From Candidatus Jorgensenbacteria bacterium GW2011_GWA1_48_11 (GTDB lineage Bacteria; Patescibacteriota; Minisyncoccia; UBA6257; GWB1-50-10), in NCBI GenBank assembly GCA_001003475.1, contig LCPF01000001.1, positions 37,910 through 101,909 of the forward strand: a stretch of DNA of 64,000 bases, written 5' to 3'. Shown here in pieces: positions 1-6,515 of the stretch. The position numbers and the translations under genes were made by a program. Under the pieces are notes generated by a model that was not told where the DNA came from, ran no database searches, and worked only from the letters and a program-made list of their open reading frames with translations. Positions within the stretch are counted from its first letter, which is position 1. Each line of letters begins with the position of its first letter.

Positions 1-240
1 CTTTTGCTTTTGTCGTCTTTCGTTATCAAATTTTGTTTCTGCAAATAATAAAGAATGTTGTAAAACCTCTGTTTCTCCTTAAGTTTATTGATTGCGGAAG
101 ATGATTCAGAAAACCTTTCGCTGCGCATTTTTCGATAAGAGTCCTGATAGCCAGAGGTAACCACGTCTATAATGTTGGCCGTCGCGGAAATAGAATTATC
201 TATGGTTCTCAAAATTTTGAATGTCAAATCTCCTTTCATA
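1..240 (-). CDS. hypothetical protein, N-terminal part only (gene continues beyond window start)
   Basis: Hand translation of minus strand from ATG at 238-240 gives an open frame (MKGDLTFKILRTIDNSISATANIIDVVTSGYQ...) with no stop to position 1. It is absent from the ORF track because no stop lies inside the window. No recognisable motif; AT-rich. Confidence 0.3.
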
Positions 241-261
241 TTTTTAAAATATTGGTGGTAT

Positions 262-297
262 TACTATTATATCGGACGATCGTCCGGTATAATAGTA
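262..297. repeat. 36-bp near-perfect palindrome (TACTATTATATCGGACG|ATCGTCCGGTATAATAGTA), centre at 279/280
   Basis: Direct base-by-base pairing check: 17 of 18 pairs are complementary (272/287 T:G is the only mismatch). It lies in the intergenic region between a divergent minus-strand ORF start (240) and the rpmA promoter. Confidence 0.6.
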
Positions 298-485
298 TTG
301 GCCGAACAAGAGAATGCGGTGAATTGAATCCGATTTTCATTGGGAATTTTTCTCAATGACTATCGGCGCGGGATTGTCCTGCCGGCCCGCCAGGTAACCG
401 AGGCCGAAACTCATGGAAACAAGAACGATCAAAAAAAGCCAGAACAAGATCCACTTTCCCCTTTCCCGAAACCAAAATTTAATGC

Positions 486-515
486 TTGACATGGAGAGGT
501 TTTTGACCATATTAT
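486..515 (+). promoter_or_regulatory. sigma70-like promoter upstream of rpmA (TTGACA -35, 18-nt spacer, TATTAT -10)
   Basis: TTGACA at 486-491 and TATTAT at 510-515, about 22 nt upstream of the GTG start at 538. Confidence 0.45.
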
Positions 516-537
516 AGAACAGTTAAGATAAACACAC

Positions 538-810
538 GTGGCACATACCAAAGCTAAAGGCTCAACCAAGTTAGGCCGCGAATCAGCGGCGCAGCGCTTG
601 GGCGTGAAGATATCGGACGGCGGCGCGGTCGCGCCGGGCGAAATCATCATCCGCCAGCGCGGCAACAAGTACTGGCCGGGCGTAAACGTCCGCCAGGGCA
701 GTGACGACACGCTCTACGCCTTAAAGGAAGGCAAAGTGAAATTCCTGAGCAAGAACAAGATCTCTTTCAACGGCCAGAAAAAAGCCATCAAGGTCGTGAC
801 CGTCGTCTAA
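538..810 (+). CDS. rpmA: 50S ribosomal protein L27
   Basis: MAHTKAKGSTKLGRESAAQRLGVK... is the canonical L27 N-terminus (AHKKG/GSTRNGRDS pattern); about 90 aa; GTG start. Confidence 0.9.
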   Translation: MAHTKAKGSTKLGRESAAQRLGVKISDGGAVAPGEIIIRQRGNKYWPGVNVRQGSDDTLYALKEGKVKFLSKNKISFNGQKKAIKVVTVV

Positions 811-836
811 AAAACCGCCTGTTCGGCGGTTTTTTG
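811..836. terminator. bidirectional intrinsic terminator between convergent rpmA and rplI
   Basis: AAAACCGCC-TGTTC-GGCGGTTTT: GC stem with an A-run upstream and a T-run downstream, sited between the two convergent stop codons (810 and 839). Confidence 0.75.
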
Positions 837-838
837 AT

Positions 839-1279
839 TCATTCGTCTTTTTCCAAGAGAACTCTGACCTTGGCGAGCACGCCCTCGCCCAAATCGACTT
901 CTATTTCGTGCTCGCCCAGGGTTTTCAGGTGATGCGCCAAAACAACGGCTGTATTTTTGAAGCCTTTTTCCGAAAGCAAGGCTTCGACGTCTTTTTTCGT
1001 GACCGAGCCGAAAACTTCGTCCTTTTCCCCGGTTTTGACCTTAAAAACCAAAGCCAATTTCTTTATCTCGGGAATCCTCTGTCTCAGCTCGGCGATCAGC
1101 TTGTTTTTTTCTTCCGCTGCCTTCACCCTTCTTCTTTCCAATTCGGCCAGGGCCGCGGGCGTCGCCGCGCCGGCCAATTTTTTCGGCAGAAGAACGTTCC
1201 GGAAGTAGCCGTCTGCCACATCCTTCACGTCATTTTTCCGCCCCAATCCCCTCACCTCGGCCAAAAGGATAACTTTCAT
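839..1279 (-). CDS. rplI: 50S ribosomal protein L9
   Basis: MKVILLAEVRGLGRKNDVKDVADGYFRNVLLPKKLA matches the conserved L9 N-domain (MKVILL.DV.GLGKKGD...GYARNFL.P.G.A). It ends with TGA, showing that UGA is a stop in this organism. Confidence 0.9.
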   Translation of the reverse strand: MKVILLAEVRGLGRKNDVKDVADGYFRNVLLPKKLAGAATPAALAELERRRVKAAEEKNKLIAELRQRIPEIKKLALVFKVKTGEKDEVFGSVTKKDVEALLSEKGFKNTAVVLAHHLKTLGEHEIEVDLGEGVLAKVRVLLEKDE

Positions 1280-2496
1280 TTCGCCATTTCCGCTTTCAAA
1301 ACCTCGATCGCTTTATCAAGCTGGGGGTCGCGTCCGTTTTCAACGTCGTCGTCGGTCAGCTTCACTTCATAATCGGGCGAGATCCCGACCTTATTGATTT
1401 CATCGCCTTTTGGCGTGAGCCATTTGGCAATCGAGATCTTAACCGAAGAGCCGCCGGGCAAATCATTGACCTCCTGGACGCTCCCTTTGCCGAAAGTTTT
1501 CTCGCCGACGATCTTTACGCCGCGGTTATCCCGCAGGGCGCCGGTCACGATCTCCGAAGCCGAGGCCGAACCGCCGTTCACCAAAAGGACGACCGGTATG
1601 CCGGCAAGGGCGGCGTTGCCGTCGGCCAGATTATCCTGGTAATTGCCCGGCGAAAATTGTTCGCGGACAATGAGACTGCCCCGCTTCAAGAACCAACCCG
1701 CGACATCGTCGCCGACCTCGAGAAACCCGCCGGGATTGTTGCGCAGGTCCAAAACCACGCCCTTCGCGCCCTTCAAAAGCGCCGAGAGCGCGCCCTCATA
1801 AAAAAGCTGGGGCACGTTGGCGTTGAAATTATAAAGATGGAAGACTGCGATCTGGCCCGGCTTCATCTCCCAGTCCAGGGTCGGCACCTGGACGATCGCC
1901 CTCACGATCTTGAAATCCTTGGCTTCGGCCCAGCCGTCACGCATGATGGTCAAGGTGACGGCCGTGCCGGGTTCGCCGCGGATCGTCTTAACGGCGCTGT
2001 TGATGTCCATGTCCAGGGTGGAAGTGCCGTTGATGCTCAAAATCTCGTCGCCGGCCTTGAGGCCCGCCGCTTCGGCGGGATTATTCTTCAAGGGGGCGAT
2101 AACAACAAGTTGATTGTTTCGAATGCCCAGTTCGGCGCCAATGCCGCCAAAACTGCCGCTCAAGTCCTGATTGAATTTAGCCGCGTCGCTGGGCGGAAAA
2201 AACACGGAATAAGGGTCGCTTAGGGCGCCCAAAACGCCCTTGATCGCGCCGTACAGCAAATCCTGATCGCTCACGTCTTTGATGTCCACGTACTTGCTCT
2301 TGACGAGACTAACGGCGTCCCAAAGTAAAGACGAATCAACGCTCAAAGGAGTGTTACCCGTCGCGTTTACCGAAACGGCGACGCTTTTAGTTTTACCGAA
2401 AATAAAACCGCCATAAAAAATCCCGCCAGCTAAAACCACGGCCAGCAAGGTCAGCGCCGCGATTTTTATTCTTTTGCCTTTAATGATTTTCGGCAT
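1276..2496 (-). CDS. S41 family C-terminal processing peptidase (PDZ domain, N-terminal membrane anchor)
   Basis: N-terminal TM helix; PDZ-like segment (GAELGIRNNQLVVIAPLKNNPAEAAGLKAGDEILSING); S41 catalytic region with a GGSASASE Ser motif; overlaps rplI by 4 nt. Confidence 0.8.
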   Translation of the reverse strand: MPKIIKGKRIKIAALTLLAVVLAGGIFYGGFIFGKTKSVAVSVNATGNTPLSVDSSLLWDAVSLVKSKYVDIKDVSDQDLLYGAIKGVLGALSDPYSVFFPPSDAAKFNQDLSGSFGGIGAELGIRNNQLVVIAPLKNNPAEAAGLKAGDEILSINGTSTLDMDINSAVKTIRGEPGTAVTLTIMRDGWAEAKDFKIVRAIVQVPTLDWEMKPGQIAVFHLYNFNANVPQLFYEGALSALLKGAKGVVLDLRNNPGGFLEVGDDVAGWFLKRGSLIVREQFSPGNYQDNLADGNAALAGIPVVLLVNGGSASASEIVTGALRDNRGVKIVGEKTFGKGSVQEVNDLPGGSSVKISIAKWLTPKGDEINKVGISPDYEVKLTDDDVENGRDPQLDKAIEVLKAEMAK

Positions 2497-2520
2497 TTTA
2501 TTATTGAAACAAAATATCCG

Positions 2521-3093
2521 TCAAAAATCAACGCCGAATAATTTGTCATAAACCGCGCCGGCGGGACGCAAATGCGATTCTACCAGATCCAAACCTTGAG
2601 CTTCGTAATGCCAATCCAGTTTTTGTTCGATGGGCGGCAAGTTTCCCAGCGACGTCCCGCCAAACCTGGCCAGCGTCAAATGAGAAAAATAAACGCCCCG
2701 GTGCTCCTGCCACCGGACGCCCTTATTTTTCAGATTGTCGTCCAAAAATTGTTTGATCTTGCCAAGCCAGCCGGATGTTTCAACCGTTCCCGTGAGCCAA
2801 ATCGTTCGTCTCACGTCGTTGAACCGCTGCCCGAACGGCCCGTAAACTAACCGGTCGAAATCGATGCGAAAGCCGCCGGGACGAACAATTTCGGCCATGG
2901 CCGCTTTGATCAAAGGCACGGCCGACTCCGGCTCAGAACCCAGGAAACTCACCGTAAAATGCCAATTTTCTTCCGCTACCCAGCGGATATCGCCGCGGCC
3001 GCGAAAAAGCGGCCGAATCAGATCCACCATTTCCCGAATTTTAAATCTGATCTCTTCGGGAACCGCAACGGCAATGAAAAGCCGCAAGTTCAT
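2521..3093 (-). CDS. thpR: RNA 2',3'-cyclic phosphodiesterase (2H phosphoesterase, LigT/ThpR family)
   Basis: Two H-x-T-x motifs typical of the 2H superfamily (HFTVSFLG and HLTLARFG); about 190 aa. Confidence 0.7.
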   Translation of the reverse strand: MNLRLFIAVAVPEEIRFKIREMVDLIRPLFRGRGDIRWVAEENWHFTVSFLGSEPESAVPLIKAAMAEIVRPGGFRIDFDRLVYGPFGQRFNDVRRTIWLTGTVETSGWLGKIKQFLDDNLKNKGVRWQEHRGVYFSHLTLARFGGTSLGNLPPIEQKLDWHYEAQGLDLVESHLRPAGAVYDKLFGVDF

Positions 3094-3593
3094 TCTCTTC
3101 CAAGTTTGGCCGAGGTCCTCAAATTCTTCGCCCGATCGATGAAAAGCTTCCCGTCCAGATGGTCGATTTCATGCTGAAAGACCCGCGCCAAAAGACCCCA
3201 GGCCTTGATCTTTATTTTTTTGCCTTGCAGATTCTGGCCTTGAATCGTGATCCGCGCCGGCCGCTCCACCGGGCCGTAAGTTTCGGGCACGCTCAAACAG
3301 CCTTCTTCGAGCGAGACGGTTTCTTTGGAAACCTTGAGAATTTCCGGATTCAGCACGGCATAAAACTTGGGACGGCCGTTGTCGTCCGGCACTTGGGCGA
3401 CGAAAATCCTTTTCTGAACGCCAATCTGATTGGCCGACAAACCGATGCCGTTCGCCTCTTTCATGGCCCGGCGCATGCTCTTAATGAGCGTCTGAAGCTC
3501 CTTTTTCCCCTGCGGCTCCAAACGAAACGGCCCGAGTTTTCCCCTCAGAATCTTTTCTTCCTTTTTATTTGTGTTTAACAGGATTTCTGCCAT
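3090..3593 (-). CDS. def: peptide deformylase
   Basis: All three PDF motifs are present: GIGLSANQIG (motif I), EGCLSVPE (motif II) and QHEIDHLDG (HExxH motif III). Confidence 0.9.
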   Translation of the reverse strand: MAEILLNTNKKEEKILRGKLGPFRLEPQGKKELQTLIKSMRRAMKEANGIGLSANQIGVQKRIFVAQVPDDNGRPKFYAVLNPEILKVSKETVSLEEGCLSVPETYGPVERPARITIQGQNLQGKKIKIKAWGLLARVFQHEIDHLDGKLFIDRAKNLRTSAKLGRE

Positions 3594-3885
3594 TGGTCTT
3601 CGCGGTTTTCTTGGCGTCCAGCCAGAAAACCTTTTCCTTTTTCACAAGAGAGAGGAAAAGCGCGGGCTTGTTGGGAAATTCGGCTTTTTTGACTTCGTTC
3701 CAGATTTCGTAAACCGCCTGCTGGCCCTTAGCTCTGATGATTTTCAAAATTGCCGGAAAGGTTATTTCTTTTCCGAAAAAGAGCCAAATTTCTTCCGCCA
3801 AAGCTTGTTCCCGATTGGGCGGACGCTTTTCTTTTCGCCGCGCTTTCAAAACATCCAAATAATCTTCGCCCGGTGATTTTCCCAT
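3565..3885 (-). CDS. hypothetical protein
   Basis: 106-aa ORF overlapping the def start by 29 nt; no recognisable motif; lysine-rich C-terminus. Confidence 0.4.
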   Translation of the reverse strand: MGKSPGEDYLDVLKARRKEKRPPNREQALAEEIWLFFGKEITFPAILKIIRAKGQQAVYEIWNEVKKAEFPNKPALFLSLVKKEKVFWLDAKKTAKTNGRNPVKHK

Positions 3886-3907
3886 AACTTCATCTTATAA
3901 TAAACCT

Positions 3908-4192
3908 ATGAATCCCGTTAGAGGCAACCAATTCTATTATATCTATGTCTTACGGAGCAAAAAGAATAAAATTTGGTATACAGGGCTGGCCGTTGATTTG
4001 CGGAAACGCTTTAATCAACACAGCAAAAACATCATTGGCTGGACCAAGAATAGAGGTCCTTTTGAACTGATTTATTATGAAGCCTGCAAAAATATCACTG
4101 ACGCAAGGTCGAGAGAAAAATACCTTAAATCTGGCATGGGTAAGCGATATCTCAAAAACAGATTAAAGCGCTTCCTGCCTCTAACGGGATGA
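3908..4192 (+). CDS. GIY-YIG nuclease family protein (YhbQ/UPF0213-like), copy 1
   Basis: YYIYVLRS...IWYTGLAVDLRKRFNQH...REKYLKS: GIY-YIG catalytic core with conserved R and E/K residues. Its stop overlaps the fmt start (ATGA). Confidence 0.75.
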   Translation: MNPVRGNQFYYIYVLRSKKNKIWYTGLAVDLRKRFNQHSKNIIGWTKNRGPFELIYYEACKNITDARSREKYLKSGMGKRYLKNRLKRFLPLTG

Positions 4193-5049
4193 AATATGCA
4201 TTTTTCGGCACGCCGGAATTCGCCGCCATCATCCTTCGGGGATTGATTGAGGCTCAGATGCCGCCGACACTCGTGATCTCGAACCCCGATCGGCCCATGG
4301 GGCGGAAAAAAATCGTGATGCCGCCGCCCGCAAAATCAATCGCCGAAAAATCCGGAATCCCGGTTTGGCAGCCGGAGAATTTGGAAATCGGGAACTGGAA
4401 ATCGGAAATCAGCAAACTTGGCGGCGTGGACCTCGGCGTTATTGCGGCTTACGGCAAAATCATCCCAAAGGAAATTCTGGATACCCTGCCCGACAAATTC
4501 ATCGTCGTCCACCCGTCGCTTCTGCCCCGTTGGCGGGGCGCCACGCCCATCCAAAGCGCCATCCTCGCCGGCGACAAGATCACCGGAACAACCTTGTTTC
4601 TGGCCGATGAGAAGATCGACCACGGGCCGATCATTGCCGGGCGGGAGTTTCCAATTTCTCCTTCGACCCCGAGCTCGGGACCGAGGGGCAATTTACAATT
4701 TTCAACACTGCATGATAAACTCGCGGAACTCGGAGCAAAACTCCTCTTAGAAACGTTACCAAAGTTCTTGCGCGGAGAAATCAAAGCGCAGGCACAAAAT
4801 GAGGAATACGCCACTTATACCAAAAAGTTCTCGACCGATGACGCTTATGTTGATCTGGCCAAGGACGATCCAATAGCGATCGAAAGAAAGGTTCGGGCCC
4901 TTAACCCGGAACCGGGCGTTTGGACCCTTCAACAAGCTCAAGGCAAGCCAAAAAGAATGAAGATTTTGGAGGCGGAACTGACTGACGGTAAATTAAGGCT
5001 CAAAAAAATCCAGTGGGAGGGCAAAACGCCGCAAGATTTACAGATTTAA
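4189..5049 (+). CDS. fmt: methionyl-tRNA formyltransferase
   Basis: N-terminal formyltransferase domain (FFGTPEFAA...; HPSLLPRWRGATPIQSAIL containing the SLLP motif) and a C-terminal Fmt domain; two short lineage-specific insertions. Confidence 0.9.
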   Translation: MKYAFFGTPEFAAIILRGLIEAQMPPTLVISNPDRPMGRKKIVMPPPAKSIAEKSGIPVWQPENLEIGNWKSEISKLGGVDLGVIAAYGKIIPKEILDTLPDKFIVVHPSLLPRWRGATPIQSAILAGDKITGTTLFLADEKIDHGPIIAGREFPISPSTPSSGPRGNLQFSTLHDKLAELGAKLLLETLPKFLRGEIKAQAQNEEYATYTKKFSTDDAYVDLAKDDPIAIERKVRALNPEPGVWTLQQAQGKPKRMKILEAELTDGKLRLKKIQWEGKTPQDLQI

Positions 5050-5277
5050 TCCCTCCAGCTTTCTGATGAAAGCTTCGAGTTTTTCTTTCGCCGCTTGCCG
5101 ATCCTTGCCGGTGTCGGCTTCCGTTTCCACCAAATACCACTCCTCTATTATCTCCGGACTAAGTTTTTCGAAAATTTCATCGCCGGCGTATCGTTCGTAA
5201 AGCCGGCCCAAAAGAGCCATGATTTGCTCATCCAATCCTTCGGGACTCGGCTCCTTGAACGGCTTCTCATTCGTCAT
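5038..5277 (-). CDS. hypothetical acidic protein
   Basis: 79-aa ORF convergent with fmt (12-nt overlap) and translationally coupled to the upstream sod gene (4-nt overlap); no motif. Confidence 0.4.
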   Translation of the reverse strand: MTNEKPFKEPSPEGLDEQIMALLGRLYERYAGDEIFEKLSPEIIEEWYLVETEADTGKDRQAAKEKLEAFIRKLEGLNL

Positions 5278-5903
5278 TTGCCTAAATTATGCGCCGCCGC
5301 CTCCCAATTCACAACATTCCACCAGGCTTCGACGTACTCGGGCCGGCGGTTCTGGTATTTCAGGTAATAAGCGTGTTCCCAGACGTCCAAGCCCAAGATC
5401 GGCTTTTGGCCTTTCGAGACGGGCGTGTCCTGGTTCGGCGTGGTCATGATCGACAAGCCCTTCGACTCGCTTCGCTCGCTCAGGGTTAACCAAACCCAGC
5501 CTGAACCGAAAACTCCGGCGGCGGCATTCGCGAACTGCTCCTTGAATTTCGGAAGGTCGCCGAAAGCGGACTTAATCGCCTCCGCCAACTCGCCCTCTGG
5601 TTCTTTGGGCCTGCCCTGAGTCGCATCGAAGGGCGCCATTAGATCCCAGAACAGGGAATGGTTGTAGTGGCCGCCGCCGTGGTTTCTCACCGCCATCCGG
5701 ACGTCTTCAGGCACCGCTTCCAAATCTTTCAATAATTCTTCAATCGTCTTTACTTCCAATTCGGAATGTTTCGCCAAAGCCTCGTTCAATTTATTGACGT
5801 AAGCCTGGTGATGCTTCGCATAATGGATTTCCATTGTCCGCGCATCAATGTACGGTTCCAAAGCATCGTAAGCATAGAGCAATTTCGGTAATTCGTGTTT
5901 CAT
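5274..5903 (-). CDS. sodA: Fe/Mn superoxide dismutase
   Basis: [36 protein letters not shown] is the canonical Fe/Mn-SOD N-terminus; [19 protein letters not shown] matches the C-terminal metal-ligand region. Confidence 0.9.
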   Translation of the reverse strand: MKHELPKLLYAYDALEPYIDARTMEIHYAKHHQAYVNKLNEALAKHSELEVKTIEELLKDLEAVPEDVRMAVRNHGGGHYNHSLFWDLMAPFDATQGRPKEPEGELAEAIKSAFGDLPKFKEQFANAAAGVFGSGWVWLTLSERSESKGLSIMTTPNQDTPVSKGQKPILGLDVWEHAYYLKYQNRRPEYVEAWWNVVNWEAAAHNLGK

Positions 5904-5920
5904 TTTTTGATGAATAATTT

Positions 5921-6379
5921 TTATTCGTCGGCTTTAGTATATTTTAGCAAAATCTCTTCGCCGTCCTTAAGGATTATCCCGGCGGGATCGGCGGCGGAAG
6001 CGCCCTCAATTGCCGCCTCCAGCCGATAGCCGGGCCGATCGATATCTCTGCCCCAGACGTTGAAGAAATCTCCCAAAGTATACTTTCGCCGGCTTTGAGA
6101 CTCAATGTGGATAACGCCTTCTGCCGCGTCATCTTTATGGGTGTGAAGGGCGCGTTCGCAAGCGGCACTCAAACCGATTTCAGCCGGAATCGGTTCGCTC
6201 ACGCCGTCGACAAGAATAACAAGCCGGGGATGAATATGCTCCGCGAGCGGCAAATTAGGAAAGAGGCAAGGAACGCTTGGAGAACTTTTTGAAGAATTTA
6301 GTTTCGGATACAAAAAAAGACCGGCGAGCACCAACACGATAACGGCGGTCCAAATAACGGTTGCTTTATTCTTTTTCAT
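5921..6379 (-). CDS. hypothetical membrane-anchored protein
   Basis: N-terminal TM helix ([19 protein letters not shown]); first gene of an apparent three-gene minus-strand unit with sod. Confidence 0.5.
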   Translation of the reverse strand: MKKNKATVIWTAVIVLVLAGLFLYPKLNSSKSSPSVPCLFPNLPLAEHIHPRLVILVDGVSEPIPAEIGLSAACERALHTHKDDAAEGVIHIESQSRRKYTLGDFFNVWGRDIDRPGYRLEAAIEGASAADPAGIILKDGEEILLKYTKADE

Positions 6380-6404
6380 GGTTTATTAATAATAGTACAA
6401 CTTT

Positions 6405-6475
6405 TGCCGGGTCGTCTAACGGTAGGACCGCAGACTCTGGATCTGTGTATCTAGGTTCGAATCCTAGCCCGGCAG
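6405..6475 (+). tRNA. tRNA-Gln (anticodon CTG)
   Basis: Hand-folded cloverleaf: 7-bp acceptor stem (TGCCGGG/CCCGGCA), D-arm, anticodon stem GCAGA/TCTGT with loop CTCTGGA (U33, CTG, G37), 4-nt variable loop, and T-arm CTAGG-TTCGAAT-CCTAG. 71 nt; no encoded CCA. Confidence 0.75.
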
Positions 6476-6515
6476 CACTCGAAACTTTTTATCCCAAGAC
6501 CGAGAGGGGTAACAG

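Noticed and set aside
429-710. 93-aa minus-strand ORF overlapping the rpmA promoter and coding region
   Set aside because: It is antisense to a confidently identified ribosomal protein gene, and its protein is low-complexity (MSSLPWRTFTPGQ...). I judged it spurious.
1657-2223. 188-aa plus-strand ORF inside the S41 peptidase gene
   Set aside because: It is an antisense ORF in a GC-rich coding region. It has no motif, whereas the opposite strand has clear PDZ/S41 motifs.
4380-4410. Short tandem repeat GGAAATCGG...GGAAATCGG...AAATC inside fmt
   Set aside because: It is only two to three imperfect 9-mer units. It encodes an in-frame insertion (LEIGNWKSEISKLGG) in a loop of Fmt. It is too short for a CRISPR or regulatory array.
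6386-6404. Possible extension of the tRNA-Gln 5' end
   Set aside because: The acceptor stem pairs cleanly only from 6405 (TGCCGGG with CCCGGCA). Upstream bases do not extend the helix.
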